64,000 nucleotides of DNA from Curvularia clavata (lineage: Eukaryota): assembly GCA_023920165.1 (NCBI GenBank), contig CP089274.1, forward strand, positions 2,852,001 through 2,916,000. The letters are read 5' to 3'. A program made the position numbers and the translations under genes. Positions 49,913 through 63,359 of the stretch are shown in pieces. The notes under the pieces are model-generated. The model was given only the letters and a program-made list of their open reading frames with translations. It had not been told where the DNA came from and made no database searches. Numbering within the stretch: position 1 is the first letter of the stretch; every line of letters begins with the position of its first letter.

Positions 49913-50179
49913 ATGGAGCAACAACAGCTCCCGATATCCAGCGACCCCTACGCTCTCGCCCACCGCTACAGAGAATACATGGTCGAGCATCCACGCCGCT
50001 TCCTGGAATATCTAAACCCATACTACGAGCGGCTGCTAGCCAATCAGCCCGATCCAGCTGTAGACGCAACAGACGATCGCTCGCGAGCAATTCGGTATGC
50101 TAAGGAGCACTATGAGTGTTTCTATGAGATCAGAGACGTTAGGCGAATAATATCTTGGTTGTCGCCTGTAGAGAGGTAG
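49913..50179 (+). CDS. Small hypothetical protein (88 aa)
   Basis: ATG 49913, MEQQQLPISSDPYALAHRYREYM...AIRYAKEHYECFYEI; protein-like composition, no recognised family. Confidence 0.55.
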   Translation: MEQQQLPISSDPYALAHRYREYMVEHPRRFLEYLNPYYERLLANQPDPAVDATDDRSRAIRYAKEHYECFYEIRDVRRIISWLSPVER

Positions 50180-50389
50180 TGCTGGTATGGGCTATTTTTT
50201 TGAAGATAGATTTGCGGGATAGCAGATGTTAATGGGCGGAGGGGAGGAGGCTGGAGCGAAGTGCGAGGAAAGAAGCTATATCTTCGATTGGGTACGATGG
50301 AAGGAGGCTGTTGATGGGATACTAAAGACTGTCTACATTCTCGTTTGATGGCTCAGCATCGGCGGCTAATCTTTTGTTCGATCATGTTT

Positions 50390-51485
50390 CTAATACGCCA
50401 ACTCAGTGCCATCATTATTCATAAACTTTCCGCTGGTACCCTCAGTCGCCGAGGCAATCTATTCAATGTCTTGTCAGCTACCTCGTCTGCTTCTGAAATT
50501 TTCTCCTGCGCTTCACTGCAATCGCCGAGTCATACGTACCATCTTCTGCATGGTGCGCGCAGCTTCAATTGCGGGCGTAAAGGCAATCATCTTTGTGAGA
50601 TCGAGGCCAAAAGCCTTTGCCTGCTCAACATTGGCACGGGTCGAATCAGTGTCTACGGCTCTGTTTGTACGAAATTGTTAGCAAAAATAGCTTTCTCACA
50701 AAGACAAATGAGGTTGAAAAAATGGTTACGTACCCGGGTTCGTATGACCAAATGCTGACATCCTTGTTGTCAAGTGCCAGCCACTTGAACAGGTAATTTC
50801 CCAGTGCCTTGCTTGCTCCGTATCCGGAAATGGGCACTGGTTGTAAGAGCAGAAAGTCAGCATGATGTTCCCAACATGAAAGTCTTGCCGGAAAATCTAG
50901 TGTTTCTAATCTTCATTGCGGTTCACCTCATTCAAAGGCTCCGCTAACACTGTACTGTGTTACTTACAGATATTCTGCATATTGTTGAGACATCCCGCCA
51001 AACTCGAAACATAGACAAACTGGGCCTTGCTTCCTGCCGCACGAAGAAGCGGCAGTACAGCTTTACACAGTTCAAACGGGCCGTACGCATTCACGTCAAT
51101 GAACGTCTGGATGTCGGATGTTGAGGCATGTGCAAGACTAGGCGTCGGTGCAATCAGGCCAGCGTTGGCAATAACGATGTCGAGGGCGCTGATGTTGTGC
51201 GTTGTCTTTAGCGTCTCGATTCCCGATGTGATGGTAGCTGCGGATGCCATCTCCATGTTCACGACGATGATGCGGGATCCCGAGGCCTTGGGAAGAGAAG
51301 ATAGAGAGGCTTCAGCTTTAGGTACATCGCGGACTGTGGCTACCACAGTCGTTTCTGGGACGGCCAGATATGTTTCTACCAGAGCCTTACCGAACCCTAG
51401 GTAAATTCCATAAGAATGTGGTGTGGGAGAAGGGGACAAGTTGCATACCGCGGTTTCCACCCGTGATAAGAACAGTAGAAGGCAT
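50390..51485 (-). CDS. Short-chain dehydrogenase/reductase (Nor-1/AflD-like ketoreductase), 5 exons
   Basis: MPSTVLITGGNRG|FG Rossmann motif, IANAG, YVSS, catalytic YGASK, EPGAVDTD and C-terminal SGKFMNNDGTELAY*; four canonical introns. Confidence 0.85.
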
Positions 51486-52417
51486 GTTTGGCTTGGTGCT
51501 GTGCTAGTTATTAGAACAGTTACATGATGAGATCTAGTGTCAATCATACCTGGAAATACCAAAAGAAGAAAATAATGAGAATACGAGTTGTTGTACTTTG
51601 TAAGATTGAGGAACCTGAAGGCTGGGGGAATCCGCTGATGGGTACATCTTAAATGTACACGGCTGAAACCATACTTTACACACTGTGCTCAATTCTCGGA
51701 CCAACTAGCCGCGATGGTCCGGCCATTCAGCGACAATAACCCTGCTTACACCAGAGTGAGCGTATGAGAAGAGGCGGGCAAAGTGTCTCCCGCACCCGGG
51801 AAAGCTTGAATCGGCCCTTCAAGCGTCAGAGTCTCAGCATTTTCCCCCGGTTCAGTCTGTTGGCGATCATCGTATCCTCTATTTGGTTGGCACGCTATAT
51901 AGTTCCGCGGACTAGACTTGAAACAACTCCGCGTCTTTGTTATGTTCATAGCCTTGGAGATTGTGATACCTACATCAACCAACATGCTTGTATTTGATGT
52001 AGGCAGGGGGAGGTTTCCGGTACAATGGAGAGGCCATTGTAGCGCTAGAGCGTAGTCTAAATGTTGACCGCCATTTCGCCCAGCAGAGCAAGTATACAAT
52101 CAGAGGCCAGTATCTGTAATTCCCGCTGCAGACTACCACGAGAGTTTCGGACGAATTGGTGGTTTTGCGAAATGTTATTGCCCTAATAGAAGATATGGAT
52201 ATGGACACCATAAAGCACTCATACACACATCTAATATCACTTGGCCATCATTGATACAGACGGTACGCAACAATCTGGTCAAATATCCTGTTTCATATAC
52301 TAAAAGATCAAGAATATCCATCTCCGGAATCTCATGGAAAACAATGCGCCTTCTACCCACTATTGATATTACACCAAAGACGAAGAAATAATTGAGCCAG
52401 CAGATGCGTAGAGTGCC

Positions 52418-54787
52418 CTAATAGGCAGCATTTCCCTGATCATGCTCTTTGATATACTCGGCGCCCTTTTCCAAAAACTCCTCTCTGGTAATGAAATTTC
52501 GCTTCGACTCCTTCTCCGCAGCCCATTGCGCAGCTCCCCTCCAAGCATCCAGCACGCAATCATTCGCTTTTCGCACGTTGATTATCTGTTCCGCGGGCAA
52601 GACGGCTCTCAATTCGGCTCTGAGGCGTTCCTCGAAGCCCTGGAACAGAGTGTTGCCGCCGGTTAGGAAAATGTCTTTGAGGACATCATCACGGTAAGGG
52701 GAGTCGCCTAAGCGCTCAGTAAGGATATTTGATGCGATTTCTACAATACCTGCTTGGTCAAGACCAGCAATTGTAGGTTGAAATACGACTTCTGGGACGC
52801 GGATGCGTTCAACGTTGAGGTGGATCTGGTTGATTTCCTTCTGAGACTCTGGATCGAAGGGATACGGTCCATGTAGGAAAGCATGAAGTATACTCTTGGT
52901 CCAATCAGTCTGTGCCTCACGTGTTGACTCCTCGGTAAAGTTAGGGTCGTGCTTGAGGAGCTGAGATTCAATTTCCTTGAGGTTCTTGGAGAGATCCTCC
53001 TCCTCTTCGTCGTCGGAGCCTTCGCCCGTCGCAATTTGACGGTAGACACCCCAGTCAGCGTCGTCAGCACCGAAGGTATCATCGTCACCGCCGCCTCGTC
53101 GTCTTTTCTTTGTAGGCGTGTCTGAGGCGAGGTTTGCGATGGATTTCATCCGCATTTGATTTGCGAGGGATTTGCGGTTTCCGAGTTCTGCCTTTAGTCG
53201 TTCCCGATCCTTGATCTTCTGGATAATTGCTTGACGTGCTATTCTGCGCTCCTCGATCCAGCCTTGAGGGTCCTCCTCTCGCCGCTGATCATCGAGGCGC
53301 TGTTCTTCTGCTAGCCGTGCCTTCTCCTTCTCCTTCTCTATCTTTGCGCGTTGACGGGCGTCGTAGTTAGACTTCATCAATCGCTGCTGTCGCTTCTGCT
53401 TAATGCCTTCTTCGTCCAATTGATCATCTGGAACGTCGAGGAGGGGGAAGGTAGGTGCCTCCACCTGTTCCTCTTCTGTCTCCCCAAGATCCTTGTTGCG
53501 GGCCTTCTTTATGGCAAACTCTAGCTCCTTGACTCGTTTGTTAAGCTGGTTTTCGTCGTCAAAGTCATTCGACTCCAGTATGCGCGCCTTTTCCTTTTTG
53601 GTGCTAATCTCTTCAAGCTGGGCCTGTAGTTGTATGCACCACTCCAATTCCTCCTCTTTCTTCTTCAATTTTTCAAGACGCATCTTCGCGGCTTGCGCCT
53701 GTAGTCTTCGACCACTCTCCTTGCGCTTCTCGGCTGCAGCCGCTAGTTCTTCCTCCGTCTTTTGCACTACGATCTGCTCAGTATAGGGAAACTGAATTGT
53801 GTGGTCCCGGTCTTCAAGCCCTGTCCAGTCAAGATAGTGACTGAGCTCGTTCTCATAGTCTTGCGATACATAGCAGTGCTCCCGAACCAGATCCTCAGCC
53901 TGACTGTCGCTGATCTTTCCAGGAAAGGTGGGATACTTTAGCCTCAGAAGCTTCAGTAGGTATTGCGCGGACTGGAAGCGGCCCCAGTTGAGTCGCGTTG
54001 TTTGCGACAAGAGAGGCTTCGAATCGATGACGGGGATGACGTGAGTGGATGTGTATGAAGAGTCCATGACCAAGCCGCTGCGACCGCCGTTGTAAGAGTA
54101 CGAGAAGAGCGAGTCGATACCGTATGCAACCGAGGGTGCGCCATAGCACTCGAACAAAATCTCAGACATAGCTGTTGGGCGTGCAGTTAGTGGATTGCAA
54201 CTTATAGTCAAAGGGGTGCTTTCTGTTCAGGCTAACGTACTCTTTCTTGAATAGCCCAAGTTGGCGATGGGCTCTGTCATGACAATGGGCCGGTCTACGC
54301 GCCCTGAGCGCCCATCGACGCCCATCTTGACAAAGCAGTAATCTAGCACACCCTCCATGGCATCCCAATTGTTGATAATGTTGCTGCCGGGCTCGTAAAT
54401 GGGCTTCGACTGGCCTCGCGCTGTACCATCCGCGTAGACATCTGCTCCAATGAAGGTGAAGGTTCGGTTAAGTTTGCGGTCGCGATACCTGGCCATGTTG
54501 GGAAGGACGGAGAATCGAGGCTTTGAGTCAAAAGACCATCCTGCGCGAACGGCTGAGGAGCCTGCAATGCGTCAGCTTGTGTAGAGACATGATGGCGCAG
54601 TAGGTGAGCAAGTAGTACCATTGTCGATGACGATGGCGGTTTCGCTGTTGCTACGCGACCAGCCTTCTTGGTCGACAGGCTTGAAGCCCTCAAATGGTGG
54701 TTCTGACACGCTCCATAGCTTTGGCGGAGGTTTGGGAGGGTTGCGACCAGCGGGCTGCGGCGCCTCGTCAGTCGCCGAGGGAGCCAT
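52418..54787 (-). CDS. ARP5: Actin-related protein 5 (INO80 complex)
   Basis: IVIDNG|SS, IVMTEP, MSEILFECYGAPSVAYGIDSLFS, a large charged insertion, ERIRVPEVVFQP and LDAWRGA; introns approx. 54562-54617 and 54172-54239. Confidence 0.95.
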
Positions 54788-55202
54788 GTCTGTGGAAGAG
54801 GTGAAGGTGGGCTGGAGCTGTGAGTCGAATGTCTAGATCATGTCGCAGCTGGGGAGTGTCGCGGGTGCGTGTGTCCGGTTAGCGCGATGGTTGCGGAGCA
54901 TGCGCGACGTCGTGGTTGCTGCTGTCTTGAGGCTCTCCAGGTACGGTACTGCAGCTCGGTGGCCCGGGCCCGTCTCCGCATGCTACTCGAATATGCAACT
55001 GCATGGGTTATGCTCACTAAGCTTCTGCGGAAACACTTGGATCATCGTTTCTCATTATCTGGGTATCTAGGTATCTAGGTTGTTCGACTACGCGCCTACT
55101 CCAATGCAACCACAAGCTGTCTCCTAAATGCATTCCCTGTTTACAATACATGCTTGCATGGTCAGTCCAGTCTGCGCACGCAGCACTTGCAGTCGCTTTG
55201 GC

Positions 55203-55585
55203 TCATGCGGGATCTTTGAGACCATTTGTCGCTAGAAATTGTCAGTGTTTCGGTGAATACCTCGCTGACTATAGCATGTTTACCTTCAAGGTGGAAGAGC
55301 ACATTGGATTGGTAGTTCTTGAACATCTGAGCCACAAGCTCCGTGTCCATGTTCTGGATGTTGATTTCCTGGAGATTCTTGTTCAACATCATGATGGCCT
55401 CGTTCAGTTTCTCCTTTGCGACTGTTAGCATGATCATGGCCTTTTGGTCGAGGGAGTTGGCGTACTGACAACATTGTTGATAATGCGAGCAAGCAACTGG
55501 CTCTGCTGATGTTCGTGAGGGCTTTCCTATGGACGAGTCAGATATACTCCTCGAGTAAAAGAGACGTTTCTTTATAGCTAACCAT
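55203..55585 (-). CDS. DAD4: DASH/Dam1 complex subunit Dad4
   Basis: Spliced [72 protein letters not shown]. Confidence 0.9.
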
Positions 55586-55930
55586 TTCTGCGGCTATGCG
55601 GTGTTGCTATCAAGTGTATGCCTTTGAGATGTTTGGTGGGGAGGATCAAAACAGCTAGTGTGAGCAACTTGATGCAGGTCCGGCGGGAGAGCTCCACCTC
55701 CGCAAGCTCCGTCTCCAGCTCAGCATCATCATCCCTACACATCTGCCATTCGCACCCGTCTCTAACCAGGAGAAGGAAGAGAAGCGCGTATTTTGTCTTC
55801 GTCTATCTGCAAAGCGTCCACGCGACTTCAAATTTGAAGCCTCTCGACCAGCGCCACGACAAGTCGCTACCGAACGAACGCGACATAGCCAGCCACACCT
55901 CTTGTATCCTACTCGTCCAATTCCCACACC

Positions 55931-56497
55931 ATGGCACCTCTCACAGCCGCTTCCGATGAAAAGACACATCAGGCACTCCTGGACAAGCTTGATATCTACG
56001 CAGTCCCAAAGCCCTTCAGGAATCCCAACTGGAAGCCTCCGCAGCGCCGCAACAAGAACCTCAAGCAGATCCTCGGTGAAGCTTCACGAAAAGAAGCATC
56101 CGTCATGGCCACGCAGAACAACAGCGGCATGTCGACCCCAGCTACAGGGAACGAAGGCAACACCCCAGCTGGTAACGGTGGCCGACAGCCCAACATCGCG
56201 CAGGCCGCTCAGAGTCTGAGTACACTGGTACTAGAGAAGAACGGTCGAGCTGCTGCTGCGGCAGGCAATACAGCCGGCCCTGCGCCTACCTACACAAACA
56301 TTGAATCTGCGCCCAGTTTCCACCCGAGTAGCCAGAAGAAGTATTGCGACGTGACAGGTCTTCCGGCGCCGTACACAGACCCCAAGACGCGTCTGAGATA
56401 TCACAACAAAGAAGTGTTTGGCAGCATCAGGACAATGCCGCAGAATGTATCAGAAGGCTATCTTGCGGCTAGAGGTGCGCACACCATTTTGAAGTGA
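55931..56497 (+). CDS. IES6: INO80 complex subunit Ies6 (YL1_C domain)
   Basis: RRNKNLKQI, TYTNIESAPS, KKYCDVTGLPAPYTDPKTRLRY and YLAARGA. Confidence 0.93.
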   Translation: MAPLTAASDEKTHQALLDKLDIYAVPKPFRNPNWKPPQRRNKNLKQILGEASRKEASVMATQNNSGMSTPATGNEGNTPAGNGGRQPNIAQAAQSLSTLVLEKNGRAAAAAGNTAGPAPTYTNIESAPSFHPSSQKKYCDVTGLPAPYTDPKTRLRYHNKEVFGSIRTMPQNVSEGYLAARGAHTILK

Positions 56498-57316
56498 GGG
56501 TTGGGCTCGACGATGCGCCGGTGGCTGCAGCTCCGCGCTCAGAAGAGGGTTGCAGGCAGTCTACCAACCCCAACCACCGCACAATGCACCCAGCTTCGAT
56601 GGTCGCCTAGTAATTGGCCAAATTTTTCGAGTGAGGCCCGCCATTTGTTCCGTAGGGTCACACCTACACTCTCACCAATCGTGCACAAAACGAACGTGGA
56701 GCTTAGGGCTTAGGCCAGACGGAGCTGGCTTCAAAGTATATGTATGATCATCAAAGTCAAGCTACTCTCCACCCACCACAAGCCTTTCGGCTCGTGGCTC
56801 AAGGAGGTGCTCCGGCTTAACCGTGATCCAAGATTCTTCTACGCCCATAAGACGGTATACCAGGACCTCGCGCGAGGACTCCTAGTTACAGCAGCTCGAG
56901 GCATGCTGTTGTCAGGGCGATATCTACATGATTGTTGTATTTCTAGCGCAGCGTGGATAGCATAATAGAACAACGCATTAATTGTCCCCAATGCTCCGGT
57001 GCTTGCTTTCATCCCGTCAGGATTGTGATGGTGGTACAGTCGAGAAGCATGCGACCAGAATTTTAAGCCCTCGCCCGCCGGAATAGATGCGCTAGCAGGG
57101 GGGAGCTCCGGGCCGGTTGGTCAATCACCACGCCCGCGTTTCACTCGCCAAGCGGACACGAAACAGACATACCAAAGTTAACACCTTTGTGCCAGATATA
57201 CCTTGAGCCTAGGTATCAGTTTTGCTGCCTGAACTTCTGGCGACGTCGACCCGAAATTCCTCGTTTCTATCCTCTCGCACGCAGCGACCGACACACCACA
57301 CACAGAGACATTCAAG

Positions 57317-57969
57317 ATGCCGACTATGTGGCTTTCAGATACCCAAAGTACGATGCGCAAAGCCTAAATCTGGAACTGCTCGCTGGGATTTTTGCTGACA
57401 TGACAGATAGAGATTGGGGTCGCCTTCTGTTCTGGGGGTAGGTATGCGCCCAACCCCACGGATGCGCTCATCATGCGACTCGAGACTGATCAGATGGATA
57501 GGCGGACTCTTTCTAATGGGTGGTGTCATGATGTTTTTTGATCGCGCAATGTACGTATGTATTCGCCTGTATGCAGGCATCCTGCTAACATGTGTACAGG
57601 CTGGCCATGGGCAACGTACGCTTCCCGCTTCATCTACCCCTTACCTGAGCGTTTTTAACGCATCCCGAACAGATACTCTTCATAATCGGACTCACGCTTA
57701 TCATCGGAACAACCAAGACGGTTGCCTTCTTTGCTCGAAAGCAGAAATGGAAAGGTACCCTCGCCTTCGTCGCCGGCATATCGCTCATCCTCATGCGCTG
57801 GGCATTTGTCGGCTTCATCGTAGAATTGTACGGTATACTCGTTTTGTTCGGCGACTTTCTTGCAACCATTGCAGGCTTCGTGAGCAACATACCTGTTATC
57901 GGGCCGTACATTGCAAAGGCCCTGCAGGCAATAAGCGGTGCAACAAGGAATTCGGATCTGCCTGTTTAG
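57317..57969 (+). CDS. GOT1: Golgi transport protein Got1 (5 exons)
   Basis: MPTMWLSDTQKIGVAFCSGGGLFL...FFDRAMLAMGNILFIIG...GFIVELYG...FGDF...IPVIGP. Confidence 0.92.
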
Positions 57970-58479
57970 ATTTACACATGCCACAGGGCTACGGAACTGA
58001 GAATATATCTACGTTGGAGAGAGATAATATTGTATTCTGCAAAGGCGCAAGGGGCAGGATGAGCTATGAGGTGGCCATCATTGGTTTAACTACAATGAGT
58101 TGCATGAGAAGATGGGCATGACTAGGCGTTGGAATTGACTTAGACTAAGTAAAGCTTTATGGGTATTTCTCTACAAGCTTCGAGGCTGGTTGGTGGCCGG
58201 TTCACCTCTAGTGACGTGTATAACTGAAATTTTATGAGCAAACACTCTTGTGTCAAATATTGTAGAAGTCAGTGAGATAAATGCTTCACGTGCAATTCCT
58301 CTGGTGGCATATGGACGTAACATAAACAATGGTGGGTGGGTGATACGACATGCTCACGTGCTTTCGCGTTCTCGCGTTTCCAAATTTCCCCACTTCTCAC
58401 ATCAGTCGGCAGTCAATTCTCGAACCCCGCATCCATATTCTCAGGTTCCTCGTCGCGTAACCCTCCCTTAGGCTTCGCA

Positions 58480-59533
58480 ATGTCTCGAAGTGAATCACCA
58501 TTCGTCCGCGCACCGGTAGAAGATGCGAGCTATAATTCAATACACCGCGCGTTTCTCCAAGCCTTTCAGACCCATGGAGTCCTTACCGTGGATGAGATGA
58601 AACCCATCCTAGCACACATAATGACGGCATTCAGTGAGCGAACCAGCTTCTGGATTTTGTCCCCAAACTAATATGTTCGTAGACCCCGATCGTCCGTGGT
58701 CAGAAGGCGACGTGACACAGCCCTACCTGACATCGATAATCCAAACCATCAACGCCAAATTAGAAGCCTTTGACTACGAGATCCGCTCCACGCGCGACCA
58801 ACAAAGTAAAGATACCGTTTACGCTCTTGTCAACAATACAAGCGACGCACTCACCCAACTTGCTACCACCTTCTCCGCCAACGAAATCGCATACATTCGA
58901 CGCCTACTCGACCACATGTTTGAAACAAACAACAACAACGTGCGTGAAACAATGGCTGTAAAGCATACAGAAGCGTCACAGCTCGCACGTATATCACGAC
59001 GGAACCGACAAAGCCAGGTAAATGGCTCGCATACGCAACTCAATGGCGAGACACAGGATACGCCGGCCCAAGGCGCTGACACGAGCATTTCCATTGCCGA
59101 AGCCGACATGGTCCTCGACAGCCTTGTGGCCCAGGGATTCTTTCACAAGTCGCGCGCAGGATACTATTCGCTTGCCCCGCGGGCGCTCATGGAACTCCGC
59201 GCCTACCTCAAGGAGACGTACAACGAGTCTGCCGACGAGAACGAAGACGGACGAGAAGTCATTCGCATACGCGACTGTGAAGGATGCAGAGAAATCGTCA
59301 CGGTGGGTATCAGGTGCAACAATCGAGAGTGCGGGGTGAGATGGCATGATGCGTGTGCGAACAGTTATTACCGAGGGCGACGAGACCAGGAGAGAAAGTG
59401 CCCGAGGTGTCGGACAGAGTGTACGGGAGATGTGTTTGTAGGTGAGCGAGCGGATAGAATGGGTGGCAGAACGAGTACTGGTGGAAGAGGGATATCGAGC
59501 ATGTTACGAGAAGAGGATGAAGAGGAGGAATGA
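58480..59533 (+). CDS. NSE1: Smc5/6 complex subunit Nse1 (winged helix plus RING-like domain)
   Basis: HRAFLQAF, YALVNNTSD, QLATTFSANEI, LAPRALMEL and CEGC...C...C...HDAC...CPRC; intron approx. 58634-58682. Confidence 0.92.
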
Positions 59534-59872
59534 GAAAGAAGGGATGTCTACTATGTCGACGAGCCCATAGCGACCAGATACTCAAGATACCCCGAATTGG
59601 ATTTCAACAGCGATTCAGCACATATTTGGCATCCAGCATGTTCTCAAAAAGAAGAATTGGAGAGAAAAGTCAAATTCATTTTCAAAAATCGTATTTTAGA
59701 AGCCTCCTCGCAGCGTCGAGTCACTTAACGTCTCTCTTGAAAACCCAAGTGTTTTTGTTTTTGGTGAGAATGAAAGAAAAACGGAAAGAAAACGCCATAT
59801 AACATCACATACATATATACAAGCCCCATTTGTTCATACACGCACATCCACACATGACGCATGGCAAGGAAC

Positions 59873-61100
<1,228 letters not shown>

Positions 61101-61299
61101 GTTGCTGGTGTGAGTGGTTGGCTGTGAGCTTGTGAGAGTGCTGCGAACTTTATACATGAGCATGTAACATCAGGAGAGGCGATTTGCGGTCAGTCTTACA
61201 TTGACTAGGGCACAGCTGCAGGATGCTGGGTTGCCTATCAGTACGGAAGGCGCAGAGGTGGGGTGGTTTGTATGGTTGTGTCGAGAGTCAAAGGTCAAT

Positions 61300-61306
61300 T
61301 GACTCA
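61300..61306. promoter_or_regulatory. Gcn4/CpcA response element TGACTCA
   Basis: Perfect consensus 200 bp upstream of the DAHP synthase ATG; a GAGTCA half match lies at 61285-61290. Confidence 0.65.
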
Positions 61307-62406
61307 GCTGGGTGCGCAGAAGTATGCAGAAAGTAGCTCCGACGTCGGGCGGGGCTCAGCTGAAAGAGAAGAATATTTTGGGCGCTTGTCAAGTCGAGGG
61401 CGCGTTGGTCGTGCAGTCGAGCACAGTACAGTCATATGCAACCGAATTATTTTGAACTGGCCCTGGCAACTTTTGGCCAAAGGTGGGGCAAGTTTGTTGC
61501 CATTAGAGTTATCGATACACCGCCCTGCATGTCCGCCAAGCCTGGGCCTGACAGACGCCAACGGCTGCCTTCCTGTTGGCTGATGCGCCCTGCACCCTGC
61601 GGCCATGACAACGACTTGTATACAGAGCATCTTGCGAATATTTCCCCGAAGCCGGGAGCAGCAACTTGCCTCATATCCCAACTCCATCCACGAGCGCCCG
61701 TCGCTCTCTCTCATTCGTGCCTAGGTGTATTATTTTACAAGCCCACGTCCAACGCCCACCACTACTGCACGACCCCTCTCCCAGAGCCATGGCCGTCTCT
61801 TACAAGGCGCCCATTCAGCTGGCTTTGGATGCCCAGCAAGACGCCATGTGCGGCTGACAGCGACAAAACCAACCTCACTTCACCTCTCTTCTCCTTTCTC
61901 GTGCATACAAGTCCATCCACGTGATGCGGCGGTGCCCGGCTATGCGCTGCCCGCCGGCCTCACTTCGCGGGTTACACGCCAGACTGGCTCCTGCACTCCA
62001 CCACGCTGCGCCACACCATCCATCATCCACACCACACACAGCCGCTGCTGCTGGGAGCCTGCCAATGCAGGCAACGGGCCCTCGACTTTCCGGCCGTCCA
62101 TCCACGACTGCCCTCTACCCGAGCGCCAGGCCGTGAGAGGCGCCCGTCTCCACAACACAAACCAGGGTTCTTTTCATGCGACCTGAAACACCGCACCCGC
62201 CCCTGATAGCCGTATCAGCCCCTCGCCTGCCTGCTTCAAAACATATTTTCAGGCACTTCAACTGCAACCCCGGGTCCCCATTTACATACCCCTCCATCGC
62301 CGTGTCTGCTGCACAATCCTGCGAGTCCCCGCTGCAATACGGTCCTGAACAGCATCAGCCTCATTAAACAGTAATTACCAAACAGTCGTTCTTTGCACGA
62401 GCCTCC

Positions 62407-63359
62407 ATGTCCATGTTTCAGGTCATGAACCGGAAGCGCGATCGGGACGATGATGACGACTCCGACTTTGACGACGACAGGTACACGAAGGCACGTTGGC
62501 CTACCATACAAGCGTCAGCTCTGGCTAACTGGGACCCTAGAAATTGCGACCAGGCTTTGCTCACCACACAAACAATGGCCACTTTCAATATCAGCAGCAG
62601 TCGAGTTTGCCCCACCGGCCCTTCCACACGCCATCTCCACCTAGATTGTTCACTGACGTTCGTTCCATGACGCCGGTACTGTCAGACCGCGGGGGGCTAG
62701 ATTCGCCAGATTCCATCCAAGATGGCTTTTTCAGCATATCAAGAGAGTCGAGCAGAATGGATTGCGACGTGGATATGGACGATGACATAGATGTACGAAG
62801 CCAGCCGCCAGAATCGCCTGCAATCAGCTCCTTTGGCAACAGCTTCATGCGACCACCCATGCTCCGACCATCATTATTCAACTCCGACTCTGTTAACAGC
62901 AATGGCCGGATACCAACACCTATCCATCCTTCTTTTAAACGGGGCGGCATGAGCGGTATAGGCTACCCGAACAGTGGCTCAGCCGGGGGAATGGACGTGA
63001 ACAGCATGCCTGTGCCATGCATGCAGCAACCACCACCGGTATGGAAAGGATGCAAGCAAGGTGCCAACGACGACCGAAGCAGACGCATGCCTTCGCCCAT
63101 TTCAGAGGACGACGATATTCCTGATACACCCACTGCCCTCACCCAGTCGCAGCTGTCGCGCCTTTCCGTCTCGCCAGCCACCACGGCTGAGGCCATGGAC
63201 ACGGAGATACGCCCGACGGCTGCCTCACCCAATACGCCTCGTGGCCGCAAGCGAAGCGGTGCGCTGACAGGCATGGGCCGTTTCAGCATGGGCTATCGGG
63301 ACGATTGCGAAAAGTGTCGGCAAAGAGTACCGGGCCATTATTCGCATTTTCTACCCTAA
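62407..63359 (+). CDS. Disordered fungal hypothetical protein with C-terminal MGYRDDCEKCRQRVPGHYSH motif
   Basis: Exon 62407-62490 joined by a probable GC-AG intron (62491-62540) to the 271-aa ORF; GRIPTPI and MPSPISED phospho-type motifs; terminal CxxC...H-x2-H. Confidence 0.75.

Noticed and set aside
50837..50966. Possible C/D snoRNA in SDR intron 2 (ATGAAGA...CTGA)
   Set aside because: The CTGA is the branch-point sequence and no guide complement was recognised
51600..52400. Possible decayed transcription-factor gene next to the SDR
   Set aside because: Only short ORFs with no recognisable motif or consistent splice model
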